A stretch of DNA of 47,011 bases from Clostridia bacterium (GCA_017482465.1 JAFUMW010000120.1:1-47011), one strand, 5' to 3'. Positions 19,960-30,417 are shown, numbered from the stretch's first letter. Numbers and translations: made by a program. Notes: generated by a model from the sequence alone, not told the origin.

Positions 19960-20817
19960 TTAGCCTTTTTCATAATATTCATCCCAGATCTCATTTATCG
20001 AGTTCTGATTTTCAAGCATTATATCGCGCCTGTTGTATCCAATATAAGCGCAAAGACTGTCGATGATGAACAGCTGTGAAAGACGCGATACGGTCGACAG
20101 CTTGTTTATCTCAGTCTCTCCCGAAACCGCTATAAGTGAAACATCACAGATGTTTGCAAGCGGACTGTCAGGGTAACAGGTTATACACATGGTCTTTGCC
20201 CCGCGTTCACGGGCAAGCTTCATCGTTTTTATGATATTGTGCGTTCTGCCTGTATATGATATGGCTATCGCAAGACAGTCCTCATCGAGCATGATAGCGG
20301 AGACCGGACTGATGTGCAGATCGCACACAGCGTTTGCGGCAAACCCAAGCTTCATAAGTCTGAACGCGGCATCGCTAGCGATAGGTGCCGAGCTTCCGGT
20401 AGCGTAAAGCTCAATGCGCTTTTTCACTCCGCATATAAGCTCTGCCGCACGCTCGAGATCCTTGTTGTCGATAAGCTCAAAGGTGGAATCAAGCGAGGAT
20501 ATGATATTATCCTTCATCTTTCTCATGGCATCCTTGGGCTTGTCCTCGGATACCACGTTGTCAAAGATCAGCGCGGTCTGTGAGCTTAAGCTTTGAGCGA
20601 TATTGATCTTTAGCCTTGTGTAACCCTCAAATCCGAGCCTTGCCGCGAAGTTTACAACACTGCCCTCGGAAACACCTGTTTCTCCGGCAAGAACGCGAAG
20701 CGTCATGTTTACTACCTTCTGCGGATTCTCGAGTATATATGTTCCTATCTTTTTTTCTGTCGCCGACATAGATGGAAGGTCGCGCATTATTATGTTAAGT
20801 CCGTTCTTTTCGTCCAT
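19960..20817 (-). CDS. MurR/RpiR family transcriptional regulator
   Basis: N-terminal HTH (EKKIGTYILENP..VSEGSVVNFAARLGFEGY) plus SIS domain (ISYTGRT). Confidence 0.92.
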   Translation of the reverse strand: MDEKNGLNIIMRDLPSMSATEKKIGTYILENPQKVVNMTLRVLAGETGVSEGSVVNFAARLGFEGYTRLKINIAQSLSSQTALIFDNVVSEDKPKDAMRKMKDNIISSLDSTFELIDNKDLERAAELICGVKKRIELYATGSSAPIASDAAFRLMKLGFAANAVCDLHISPVSAIMLDEDCLAIAISYTGRTHNIIKTMKLARERGAKTMCITCYPDSPLANICDVSLIAVSGETEINKLSTVSRLSQLFIIDSLCAYIGYNRRDIMLENQNSINEIWDEYYEKG

Positions 20818-20841
20818 GTTGATCTCCTGTTCTTGACATTG

Positions 20842-23139
20842 TTACTGTTCGAGCTTGATGTATCCGTATTCGCCCGCCATACTCATAAGCCTTGCATCTC
20901 TTGAGCTTGATGTGAGAAGGATACTTTGCATACCTGTACCGGTAAGATTTATCAGCTTGAGCATTTGCGAAAGCCTTGTGTCATCAAGACGCGAGAAGCT
21001 TTCGTCAAATATTACCGGAGGCGTTTGTTTTCTGAACAGTGAATTTATAAGTGCGAGACGCAAGCTTACATATGTTATGTCCTGTGTGCCGGCACTGAGA
21101 TAACCTATGTCGCGTGTACCTGCGTCTGTACGTACATTTACCTTGAAGTCGCTGTCGATGCCGATCTCCGTGTATTTGCCGTGAGTGATATCGCTCATGA
21201 GTCTGCTTGTGAAGTCGGCAAGCTTTGGAGAGATATTGTCGCGCATACTTAAGCTTGCTTCTTCGATCTTTTCGATTGCAAGCAGATATGCCGCATGCTT
21301 TTTTCTGTATTCGGCAATGAACGTATGTGCCAACTCTATCTTTTCGGCAATACGAGCGGGATTATCGGATTGCGGGTAGAGTGAAGCAAGCTCCTTTTCA
21401 AGGTTATGAATACGCGTTTCAAGCGCCTTTGCCGCGGATGAGATAAAATCGCATTCTCTGCGCTTGGCGCTGATATTGGACGCGTCTATTCCCGATATGT
21501 CAACATCTGCCTCTGTGCTTTGCCGTACCTCGTCTTCGTTGTACGGCTGAAGCTGTGTTTTGAGCACCTCAAGCGTCGCGGCGATCTTTTCGCATTCGCT
21601 TTGTGCATTTGAAAGCTCGGATCTTGCAAGTCTTGCCGCTTTTATATTTTCTTTTACATTGTCAGAAAACTTCCATGCGTTCTTTTGTTCAAGCTCTTGC
21701 AAAGCGTTTTCCGTACGCTCAAGCGTATCCTTGTACTCGGATTCAAGTCTTGTGAGCGTATCGCTTTTTTCTTTAATTACGCGTGCATTTTCTTCGTCTG
21801 CTCTCAACAGTCTGTCAAAGGTCTCCTCGTCCGCAGCTCCGTGGTTTTTAAGAAATTTGCGCTTGGCGGTGAGTGTTCCGGCTCTGATTCCGAAGAACAC
21901 AAAAGCAAGCATTATCGGGAGAATGGATGAAAATATCAAAAGTTTGCCTATATCTGCAAAGAATGTAAGGTGTACGCTTGCCGTACCACCGAGTATGAAA
22001 AGCAAAGCGATAGAGGCGAATATAGCCGACATGACTGTGGCAAAATGGACACGGCGCTTAAACGCCTCAAGATCGTTACGTGCTTTTTCATGTTTTTGCA
22101 TTATGCTTGAAAGCTCGCTGTCTTTGTCGCCCGTATTGCCGATCGCCCCGAGCTTAGCTTTCTCAAGCTCACTGCGGGCAGTGTCTGATGCTTTCAGTGA
22201 AAGCTCATATTTTTCTGATGCGGCTTCGAGCTCGGACAAAAAGCTTTCATCGGGAAAAAGGTCATTAAGCGTGTATTTTTTTATCAGCTCATCACAAGCA
22301 GTCTGCGCGGCGCAAAGCTTTTCTTGGAAAGAATGCATTTTGTCGAACAATGCTGCTACTGCGGCGTTTTCAAAGCTTTTGATCTCTTTTTTTAGGCGCT
22401 CTGCCCTTGATGTTTCTTCCGTGTATTTTTCCTTTGCTGCTCTGAGCGAGCTTTCTTTTTCAAGGATATCCGCGCTTGTTTGTTTTGCGCTTTCAAGCTT
22501 TGATTCAAGTTGTGTACACTTGATCTCAAGCTCGTGTATCTGTCCGCCTGCACCGTTTTTGTGCAAGAGGGTCACTCGTGATGAGTCAAGCTTTTTGACA
22601 GCTTTGGCTATATTTATATTCTCGCTTGCAGAGAAAAGTATATTTTCGATCGACTGTGTAAGCTTGCCGCCGTCGATCCTTGCACCGTCAAGCTGGCTAA
22701 TAAAAGCTGTACGCGAAAATACTTCTTCGTCAACGCCGAAGAAATATTCTCCCGGAGAAGATATGCCCGCAACGGGAGAGTTGTTTGAAAGGTCGATCAC
22801 CTGTAAGCCTTCTCTGTAATTTTTGCGCGCCTCTCCGTTGTCAATACGCTGTCCCGCGATGATGATGGTGCGCTCGATACGGAAGCGTGCTTCAGATGTT
22901 TTTATGACGATGTGTCCTCCGGCGTTCCCGGTATGCCAGTTTATGTATCTGTCCCGTTCACTCGGACCGAGATCACGGCTTTTTGTACCGAGACCGTAGA
23001 AGATGAATTTTATAAATGCCGCAAGAGTCGATTTGCCCGATTCGTTTGCGCCTTCTATGATGTTTACACCGTCCGAAAGCTCGAGCGTACACTCTTCAAG
23101 ATTGCCGAAGCAGTCGATGTGTATTTTTTCTATAATCAT
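20842..23139 (-). CDS. YhaN-like SMC/Rad50-type ATPase with internal TM hairpin
   Basis: Walker A GANESGKST, coiled coils, two hydrophobic helices, signature LSAGT, Walker B VIFDESF. Confidence 0.85.
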   Translation of the reverse strand: MIIEKIHIDCFGNLEECTLELSDGVNIIEGANESGKSTLAAFIKFIFYGLGTKSRDLGPSERDRYINWHTGNAGGHIVIKTSEARFRIERTIIIAGQRIDNGEARKNYREGLQVIDLSNNSPVAGISSPGEYFFGVDEEVFSRTAFISQLDGARIDGGKLTQSIENILFSASENINIAKAVKKLDSSRVTLLHKNGAGGQIHELEIKCTQLESKLESAKQTSADILEKESSLRAAKEKYTEETSRAERLKKEIKSFENAAVAALFDKMHSFQEKLCAAQTACDELIKKYTLNDLFPDESFLSELEAASEKYELSLKASDTARSELEKAKLGAIGNTGDKDSELSSIMQKHEKARNDLEAFKRRVHFATVMSAIFASIALLFILGGTASVHLTFFADIGKLLIFSSILPIMLAFVFFGIRAGTLTAKRKFLKNHGAADEETFDRLLRADEENARVIKEKSDTLTRLESEYKDTLERTENALQELEQKNAWKFSDNVKENIKAARLARSELSNAQSECEKIAATLEVLKTQLQPYNEDEVRQSTEADVDISGIDASNISAKRRECDFISSAAKALETRIHNLEKELASLYPQSDNPARIAEKIELAHTFIAEYRKKHAAYLLAIEKIEEASLSMRDNISPKLADFTSRLMSDITHGKYTEIGIDSDFKVNVRTDAGTRDIGYLSAGTQDITYVSLRLALINSLFRKQTPPVIFDESFSRLDDTRLSQMLKLINLTGTGMQSILLTSSSRDARLMSMAGEYGYIKLEQ

Positions 23140-23166
23140 TGTAATAGATACCTGTTATTTATTTTC

Positions 23167-24303
23167 TTAATTAAGCTCGCTCGTTTCGCCGCCTGAAAGA
23201 GCAACGAGTCCGTATCTCAGTGCAAGCGAAGCTATCTCACGCATTTCACGGTCATCCGACTCCAACAGAGGTCTGAGCTTGTCGAAAAACGCTCCCTTTA
23301 TAGACGGGTCGGCTTCAAGATGGACACACTCGTACAGTGGGAGAGTGTTGTCGACTATTCTGAGCGTAAACAGAGAATTTATCTGTTCGCGGAGATACTG
23401 TGTGAATACTCTGAGTGACGGTGTAAGCAAGCCCTCAAGCACGAGCTTGAGCGCGTGACGCTCGCCGTATTCCTCGTTTTTTATGAATTGATTGATCTTT
23501 TCGAGTATCGCGGTGTTGCTCTCGCACCCTGTAACATCAAGCGAACGGGTCATATAAACACGCTTTGAAAAGGGTACGAATTTCGAGCTGAATGCGAGCT
23601 TTCCGTTATCCTTGTCGATTCTTGCGGTGATAACTCCTTTTTCGCCTGTTTCATCAAAGCCTCTGCCCTCAAGACATCCGCTGTAAGCATAGAAGCCGCC
23701 GCATGAAAGCTCGTGGACTCCGTCTGAATTGTGTACATGACCGAGTGCGGCATAATCAAAGCCTGCACGTTCAAGATCGCTTTCGGTGATGGGAGCATAT
23801 CGGGATATCGGAGAAAGCGTATCACCGTGGCATACAAGCAGATTGATCTTTGAAGCATCCTTTACTATGTCTGTACACAGCGGACTTTTTTCAAGACTTG
23901 ATGAGGTGAACGCATAGCCGTATACACGTGTATCAAGCTCGGGAAAATCGAAATATGATATATCTTCCGAGTCGAAAACATATACGTTTTCAGGCAAACA
24001 CATTTTTTTGTATACGCTGTTATCTCCCGCCGGGTCATGGTTTCCCGGCGCTATTACGATGCGACAGTCGGGTATGGACTCAAAGCCGCGTGTGATCATA
24101 TTAAGAGTTTCGTGTGTGACGAACGCACCGTCAAAAAGATCGCCTGCGATAAGCATGATATCTGTACGTGTGGAATATGCAAGTTTGATCAGTGCGTCAA
24201 ACGAATCGCGTATCTCCTGCCTGCGTATCTCGGATTTTTGCAGGTCAAGCATTGCAAACGGACTGTCGAGATGGAGATCGGCAGTGTGGATCATTCGGAT
24301 CAT
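23167..24303 (-). CDS. YhaO/SbcD/Mre11-like metallophosphoesterase (DNA repair exonuclease)
   Basis: HTADLHLD, AGDLFD, PGNHD, ALGHVH, YSGCLEGRGFDETG. Confidence 0.9.
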   Translation of the reverse strand: MIRMIHTADLHLDSPFAMLDLQKSEIRRQEIRDSFDALIKLAYSTRTDIMLIAGDLFDGAFVTHETLNMITRGFESIPDCRIVIAPGNHDPAGDNSVYKKMCLPENVYVFDSEDISYFDFPELDTRVYGYAFTSSSLEKSPLCTDIVKDASKINLLVCHGDTLSPISRYAPITESDLERAGFDYAALGHVHNSDGVHELSCGGFYAYSGCLEGRGFDETGEKGVITARIDKDNGKLAFSSKFVPFSKRVYMTRSLDVTGCESNTAILEKINQFIKNEEYGERHALKLVLEGLLTPSLRVFTQYLREQINSLFTLRIVDNTLPLYECVHLEADPSIKGAFFDKLRPLLESDDREMREIASLALRYGLVALSGGETSELN

Positions 24304-24318
24304 TTTACGCCGCCTCCT

Positions 24319-25038
24319 TTACTGTTTCATTTTGTCTGACGCGCATAGTTTTTTTATCCTTGCAACGTCTGCGAGCATTTTTATCGAATCTTTTATGATG
24401 TTGATCTTTGATACACCGTGATTTTTTATGGTGACGGGCATTTCACGCAGAGTGCAACCGTGAGCTTTGGCTCTGAGCAATATCTCAAGGTCAAAAGCAA
24501 AGGAAGCGGTCTTGAGCTCACCGAAAAGCGTCTTTGCCGCATTTGCACTGTAACACTTGAAGCCGCATTGCGAATCGCTGACAGAAAGGCCTGCGTACAG
24601 CGAGAGCATTTTGAAATATACCTTTGACATGAGCTTGCGTATGAAAGGATAGCCGGCAAAGCCGTCATCAGCTATACTGCGCGAGCCGATGAGCACATCG
24701 CACTTATCTTTTTTCATAATGTCAACTGCTTGCCATATAACATCACAGCCGTATGCGAGATCGCAGTCGGTCGTGACGACGATGTCTCCGCTTGCGGCAA
24801 ACACGCCAGCCTTTAGCGCACCGCCTTTTCCGCGGTTATCGGGATAACCGGCATCTATTATTTTTTTTGAAGCAAGCTTGTCCCGTACGATATTTTGGGT
24901 ACTGTCCGTGCTTCCGTCGCTGACGACAACGATCTCGAAGTCCTCAAGCATTTTTTCGCATTGAGCTTCAAGCTCTTTCATATTCTGTTCTATGATCGCT
25001 TCTTCATTGTATGCCGGTATTATTACGGATACTTTCAT
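24319..25038 (-). CDS. GT2 polyprenyl-phosphate glycosyltransferase
   Basis: VIIPAYNEE, DGSTD, NRGKGGA, DCD, DSQCGFK, FAFDLEIL. Confidence 0.88.
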   Translation of the reverse strand: MKVSVIIPAYNEEAIIEQNMKELEAQCEKMLEDFEIVVVSDGSTDSTQNIVRDKLASKKIIDAGYPDNRGKGGALKAGVFAASGDIVVTTDCDLAYGCDVIWQAVDIMKKDKCDVLIGSRSIADDGFAGYPFIRKLMSKVYFKMLSLYAGLSVSDSQCGFKCYSANAAKTLFGELKTASFAFDLEILLRAKAHGCTLREMPVTIKNHGVSKINIIKDSIKMLADVARIKKLCASDKMKQ

Positions 25039-25858
25039 CGCTGTTTTTTATCCTTTCGAAAACGATAATGTCAAAGTCCAGAACAGTATCAAGACTTTCA
25101 AGCTCATTTAGCTTTGCCGCATCCTTTTCGGAAGTTTTCCAATAGTACGGCGTCATTGAAAACAGATCGGATATCGTTTCCTTGCCTTTTATAGTTACGT
25201 TGTATTTTATTTTTTCGCGTGACAGCTCGAAAAAACCGTCGGGCGCACTTACCTTTTCGGGGCGGTTTAAGTAGACATCATCATAGAGAGCGCTTTTTAA
25301 TCCGATCAGATGGTCTTCTCCCGCGACACCCATTATAAGATGTCCTCCGGGCTTGATCACTCTGAAAAATTCGCTGTCGGCACACGGTGCAAACAGATTT
25401 ATAACTGCATCCGCGCTTTCGTCCGCAAGCGGAAGCTCAAAAATACCACAAACGAAAAAACGTGCCGACGGATTGTTTTTGCCGGCTCTTTTTGCCGCCT
25501 TGTTTATTGCACTCTTGGAAAGATCAAAGCCTAATACGCAGACATCGTTTATTTCCCTTGATACCATAGTGCTGTAATAACCTTCGCCGCAGCCTGCGTC
25601 GATTATAACGCCGGGTGCAAAGCTTTCAAGCGTACGTACGACCGCTTTAGCAAACGGTTCATAATATCCGGCATCCAGAAAACGCGAACGCGCCTGTACC
25701 ATTTCGTTTGAGTCGCCCGCGGGGGTCGGCTTGGTGTTGAGATTTATATATCCGCTTGACGCAAGGTCGTAAGTGTGACGGTTCTCGCATATCAGCGAAT
25801 TTCCGCTTTGCAGAAGAGGACACGATCACTTGGGGCAAACGATCATATTTTGTGTCAT
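25004..25858 (-). CDS. rlmA: RlmA-like 23S rRNA m1G methyltransferase with an in-frame TGA at codon 11 (pseudogene, base error or recoded)
   Basis: From ATG 25858: MTQNMIVCPK*SCPLLQSGNSLICENRHTYDLASSGYINL..GDSNEMVQARSRFLDAGYY..DAGCGEGYY..MTPYYW, in frame with ORF 25004..25702. Confidence 0.8.
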
Positions 25859-25866
25859 ATACTGCC

Positions 25867-26898
25867 TCACTTGAATTCTTCAACGTCTATAAGACGTGCG
25901 TGGAGAGCAAAACGTCCGCTGAACTCCTCGTTTGTACAGGTGGAAAGTGTGAGGATACGGTCGTATTCGGTAAATTCAGCCGTTCTCGGATATACAGATT
26001 TTTCAAGAATATCGTATGCAAAATCGGTAAACTCGGTCGTGTTCTTGAATCTCATCCTGAAATACTGATCGTATGCATTTGTTTCGTATACCGATATAGG
26101 TGCGTACTCGTATATACCGTCCATGGTGTATACAAGTATGCGGGATTCGTTGAACAGCGCTTCGTCCTCGGTCATAAGCTCGACGATATGGAACATCGAG
26201 CCGTTTTCCATATTGTGTCCGTACAGTACCGTGTTGTAGTTGTTGATGATCTTGTCGTTTGTTCTGTAGTCTGCGAAGATCGAACCTACGATCATGTACT
26301 CGCCTGTGTAAGCGTGGTCAAGATAGTAGTTGTTATCCTCTCCGCGTACTATGGGATAGTCGACCTCACTGCCTTCTATCGTTATCCAGCCGTAGATATC
26401 CGGGTTGATCTGTTTCAGCCATTCAAGCTTTGCCTTGAACTGTGCCGATTCTCCGTCGTCTTCATTTACGTTTATCTCAATGTTGTCAAGCTTCATGCTT
26501 CTTATTTCGGACATCGACAGTGAAGCGGGAGAAGCTTTTCCCGCAGGAGTTGATCTTACAGTCATCTTGCCTGCCAATGCAGAGATATCCGCGGGATCCT
26601 CGGTGTTGAAATAGTCGGACAGATCCGAATACAGATCGTTTCCCTTTGCATATCCGCCGAAGCTAATTATGAGCGTGTATGTGCTCCAGATCAGCGTTGC
26701 AACACATATAAGCACAATAAACAGATATACTATCTTGCCGAGTATCTTCTTTTTTCTTTTTTTCTTTCGAGCCGGAACGGGAGAAAGATCGTCTGCCGTT
26801 GCCGATTCAAGCTCACGCACGAATATGGTCTTATTCTGTTCGGGGTCGTGAGTGAACTCAAACTCGCTGTTGTTTCTTTCTTTATCTGACATTTTCAA
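25867..26898 (-). CDS. srtB: Class B sortase
   Basis: N-terminal TM anchor, NPDIYGWI, DYPIV, LYGHNM, catalytic LTLSTC..R. Confidence 0.88.
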   Translation of the reverse strand: MKMSDKERNNSEFEFTHDPEQNKTIFVRELESATADDLSPVPARKKKRKKKILGKIVYLFIVLICVATLIWSTYTLIISFGGYAKGNDLYSDLSDYFNTEDPADISALAGKMTVRSTPAGKASPASLSMSEIRSMKLDNIEINVNEDDGESAQFKAKLEWLKQINPDIYGWITIEGSEVDYPIVRGEDNNYYLDHAYTGEYMIVGSIFADYRTNDKIINNYNTVLYGHNMENGSMFHIVELMTEDEALFNESRILVYTMDGIYEYAPISVYETNAYDQYFRMRFKNTTEFTDFAYDILEKSVYPRTAEFTEYDRILTLSTCTNEEFSGRFALHARLIDVEEFK

Positions 26899-27053
26899 TA
26901 CCTTTTATTTCAAGATATAATTCCACTTATACATTGTAACATAAAATTATATTTAATACAAGGGTTATTTTTCACTTTTAAAATATGGCTATTGCATTAT
27001 TTACGGATTTGTTATAAAATATATATGTATTTTATCTGAAAGGGGGAGCTTAT

Positions 27054-29576
27054 ATGGAGGGTGTTATCTCGATATCGGTCCGTGAGTTGTGTGAAAAGAT
27101 GCTGCCGAGTGGAAATATAGATATGCGAAGAGATGCTTTTAGGGTCATTGAGAGCATAAGGCTTCACAGCATCCTTCAAAAGCGCGGCGGCGACGTGTAT
27201 GCTCCCGAGGTAGGACTTAAGAAGCTGTTTGATATTGAAAACGAGAGCATCATGCTCACCGGCAGAGCCGATGGTATCATACAGACCGAGGACGGATATT
27301 TTATCGACGAGATAAAGTGTGTTAATGTTCCGGTGGCACAGATAGAACGCGACACCTGTCCGACGCATCTTGCTCAGGCAATGTGCTACGGATATATGTT
27401 TGCAAGCGATAAGGGGCTTGATAATATAACCGTAAGACTTACATATTGCGATATATCTACCGAGGAAACGGTAAAATTTGATTATTTTTATGAGACCGAT
27501 GACCTGTGTGTGTTTGTTGAAAACATGCTGACAGAGTATATAGGTATCGAACATGAGCGTCTTAAGCGTCGCAAAAGCTTTCAGAAAAGCGCTAAGCGGC
27601 TTGCTTTTCCGTACGAGGACTATCGTGACGGACAGCGAAGCTTTTGTGAGTATGCGCTTGAAGCAATATGTACAAAGAAAAAACTGTTTGCCGAAGCTCC
27701 AACCGGCATCGGCAAGACGATGTCCGCGCTGTTCCCGGCGGTCAAAGCGTCCGGCAACGGATACGGAGAAAAAATCTTCTATTTTACATCAAAGACGACT
27801 ATTGCCGAGGCTGCAAAGGACGCGTTCGTTCTCATGCGTGAAAAGGGGCTTGATGCGTCCTGTATCGTGATCACCGCGCGAGAGCGTCTGTGCGCGCACT
27901 CGCCGGACAGCTGTGATCCTACAGTGTGTCAAAACGCGTGCGGACATTATGACAGGATAAACGACGCGCTTTCAGACGCGCTTGAAAACGACCGTGTATT
28001 TGATCGGAAAACGGTAGATAAATACGCGAAAAAGCATAGTGTGTGTCCTTACGAGCTTTCTCTTGCGATATCGGAGTGGTGTGAGCTTGTTATTTGCGAT
28101 TATAACTATCTTTTTGACCCGATAGTGTTTTTCAGACGCTATTTTATAAACGGCGGAGACTATATATTCCTTGTTGACGAGGCGCACAATCTCGGCGACC
28201 GTGCCAGAAGCATGTATTCACACTCGGTAAAAAGCCGTGATATCGAGCTTTTGCTCATGTCTCACAGTACATCCGATAAGATACTATACCCGAAGCTTTA
28301 CGAGGTGCTCGAGTACATGAAGAGCGCTGACAGGCTTGTCGATGTAAAAAAGCGCAGGTCGGGTGACATGGGCTCGTTCAAGAGCGAAAAGCCGTTTGGA
28401 ATACTCAACCGTAAGCTTGCAGAGCTTATCGAGGCGTTTGACGCATACTTCAGGGTACGTAAGGATATCCCCCAGCAGATGTCAGATATTTATTTTGAAA
28501 TAAAGAAGTATCTCAAAATATCAGAATACTATGACGAAAAATACGTAAGCCTTATCGAATACAGAAACGGAGACTATACCTTCAGACAGCTTTGCGTTGA
28601 CCCGTCGTCCGTGATAAAAAGCAGATTTGAGCTTGGCAGATGCGCGATACTTTTTTCGGCTACGCTCTCGCCTGCGGAATACTATAAAAGTATTCTGGGC
28701 GGATGTGACCATGATATTACACTTACGCTTGATTCACCGTTCCCGAAAGAAAATCTCTGCCTTTGTACTACATATAAATTCAGTACGCGACTTGACGACA
28801 GAAAAGCGACGCTTGCGTCACTGACAGGTCTGCTTGAGACCTTTGTAAAGGGCAAAAAGGGCAATTACATCGCGTTCTTTCCGTCGTATAAGTACATGAG
28901 TGAGGTTCATGCCGAATTTATAAAGCGTTTTCCGGGTGTGAAAACGATAGTACAGAGAAGTGATATGACCGAAAAAGAGCGCGAAGACTATATACACAGC
29001 TTTGAGGCGGATGCAGGTATAAGCGAAGATGTGTCAAAAGCTTCGACTGTGCCTGAAAAAAAGGCAGACCCGATTGCAGAGCTTTTCGGCGGCAGTCTTA
29101 TGAGGGGGGCTTCGTTTTTTGCCAACTCCATGCCGAAGACCGAAGAAAACACAGAAGAGGAGAGCGAGGATATCGATGACACTATGCTTGCATTCGGTGT
29201 TCTCGGAGGAGTATTTTCGGAGGGGATCGACTTTGCGGGCGAAAGGCTTATAGGATGCGCGATAATCGGGGTCGGATTGCCGGGTATCAACGATGACTCG
29301 AATATAATATGTGAGTATTATAACAGCCGCTCGGATGACGAATATATGCGCGGATACGATTATGCCTACCGCATACCCGGTATGATAAAGGTATTGCAGG
29401 CGGCTGGACGCGTTATAAGAAGCGAGAACGATCGCGGTGCGGTGCTTCTGATAGATGACCGCTATGCCACACGTGAATATGCAAGCATGTATCCCGCGCA
29501 TTGGAAGCAGATGAAGCTTGTCGGAGACCGCAATGCGCTTGCCGAGCTATTAAGACGCTTTTGGAATAAAGAATAA
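27054..29576 (+). CDS. DinG/XPD-family Fe-S DNA helicase with N-terminal PD-(D/E)XK nuclease domain
   Basis: GRADG..IDEIK nuclease motif; APTGIGKT; Cys cluster and CPYE; DEAH; SATL; QAAGRVIR. Confidence 0.9.
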   Translation: MEGVISISVRELCEKMLPSGNIDMRRDAFRVIESIRLHSILQKRGGDVYAPEVGLKKLFDIENESIMLTGRADGIIQTEDGYFIDEIKCVNVPVAQIERDTCPTHLAQAMCYGYMFASDKGLDNITVRLTYCDISTEETVKFDYFYETDDLCVFVENMLTEYIGIEHERLKRRKSFQKSAKRLAFPYEDYRDGQRSFCEYALEAICTKKKLFAEAPTGIGKTMSALFPAVKASGNGYGEKIFYFTSKTTIAEAAKDAFVLMREKGLDASCIVITARERLCAHSPDSCDPTVCQNACGHYDRINDALSDALENDRVFDRKTVDKYAKKHSVCPYELSLAISEWCELVICDYNYLFDPIVFFRRYFINGGDYIFLVDEAHNLGDRARSMYSHSVKSRDIELLLMSHSTSDKILYPKLYEVLEYMKSADRLVDVKKRRSGDMGSFKSEKPFGILNRKLAELIEAFDAYFRVRKDIPQQMSDIYFEIKKYLKISEYYDEKYVSLIEYRNGDYTFRQLCVDPSSVIKSRFELGRCAILFSATLSPAEYYKSILGGCDHDITLTLDSPFPKENLCLCTTYKFSTRLDDRKATLASLTGLLETFVKGKKGNYIAFFPSYKYMSEVHAEFIKRFPGVKTIVQRSDMTEKEREDYIHSFEADAGISEDVSKASTVPEKKADPIAELFGGSLMRGASFFANSMPKTEENTEEESEDIDDTMLAFGVLGGVFSEGIDFAGERLIGCAIIGVGLPGINDDSNIICEYYNSRSDDEYMRGYDYAYRIPGMIKVLQAAGRVIRSENDRGAVLLIDDRYATREYASMYPAHWKQMKLVGDRNALAELLRRFWNKE

Positions 29577-29602
29577 AACGGATGCGAGAGCATCCGTTTT
29601 AT
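29573..29602. terminator. Bidirectional terminator
   Basis: ATAAAACGGATGC-GAGA-GCATCCGTTTTAT. Confidence 0.85.
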
Positions 29603-29604
29603 GT

Positions 29605-30417
29605 TTAGTTATAATCATCTATTACTGCTTCTGCAAGCTCTGCCGCTTCATATGTAACGGTGTTTCCGAATGTGTATGAAAATTCTTCGTCACTGTAATC
29701 GCCCATTCTGTCGGCAAGCGTTGCAACTTCGCTCATCTTGAAATATTTGTCATCACTGACTACGAACATGTCTATAAGCTTTACCGACATGTCGTCGATA
29801 AGCAACTTTAGCTTGAACATCGTTTCGATGTCAGTAACCGAAGGCTTTACGTTACCGTTTGGATGGTTATGAGCAAACGCAACATACGAAACATTGTCGC
29901 GTACAAGCACACGTGCGACCTCACGCATGTCGATCAGACATTCATCGGGGTGACCTTTGGATATCCAATCGTGTGACAACATTTCAAACGAGTTGTTAAA
30001 TGCCACGATCATCATTCTCTCTTCTCTTATGCCATCGAACATCTTGCAGAAGTATTTAACTATATCCTCAGGGCCTTTGTATACCTTACGGTTATTTTTG
30101 GTGATGTTGGCTCTTCGTAAAATGGATTTTACGAGTGTTATCAAGATCGCGGTGCTCGGACCGATACCGTCTACAGTGCAAAGATCGTCTTCGCTCGCGC
30201 TTAAAACATTGTCAAGGTCACCGAATTTTGCTAACAGCGCCACCGAATGCGGATATACATCTATCCGCGGTATAGCATATGTTATCAGCAGCTCAAGCAT
30301 ACGGCTGTCATCCATATCATCGTGATTTTGCGTGAGGTATCTGTTTCTCAGACGCTCTCTGTGCAGCTTAAGCTTTGCTTTTTCTTCTTCTGACATGTTG
30401 TTTTGGTTTTTCCTCAT
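29605..30417 (-). CDS. radC: RadC family JAB/MPN domain protein
   Basis: HRERLR, LELLITYAIPR, HhH VDGIGP, AHNHPNG..PS..D; start moved to MRKNQ after AGGAG. Confidence 0.85.
   Translation of the reverse strand: MRKNQNNMSEEEKAKLKLHRERLRNRYLTQNHDDMDDSRMLELLITYAIPRIDVYPHSVALLAKFGDLDNVLSASEDDLCTVDGIGPSTAILITLVKSILRRANITKNNRKVYKGPEDIVKYFCKMFDGIREERMMIVAFNNSFEMLSHDWISKGHPDECLIDMREVARVLVRDNVSYVAFAHNHPNGNVKPSVTDIETMFKLKLLIDDMSVKLIDMFVVSDDKYFKMSEVATLADRMGDYSDEEFSYTFGNTVTYEAAELAEAVIDDYN

Noticed and set aside
21560-22819. 419-aa plus-strand ORF
   Set aside because: Ser/Phe-rich antisense shadow of the YhaN-like coiled coil; no RBS or motifs
25826-25828. Genome-wide UGA reassignment
   Set aside because: Several genes end at TGA at the expected family C-terminus (1907, 17637, 18645, 45844) and Trp is encoded by TGG
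27054-29576. DinG helicase as the missing Shango helicase or a CRISPR type IV DinG
   Set aside because: Fe-S XPD/DinG type with nuclease fusion is a common Bacillota housekeeping form; it is 12 kb away and no cas genes are present
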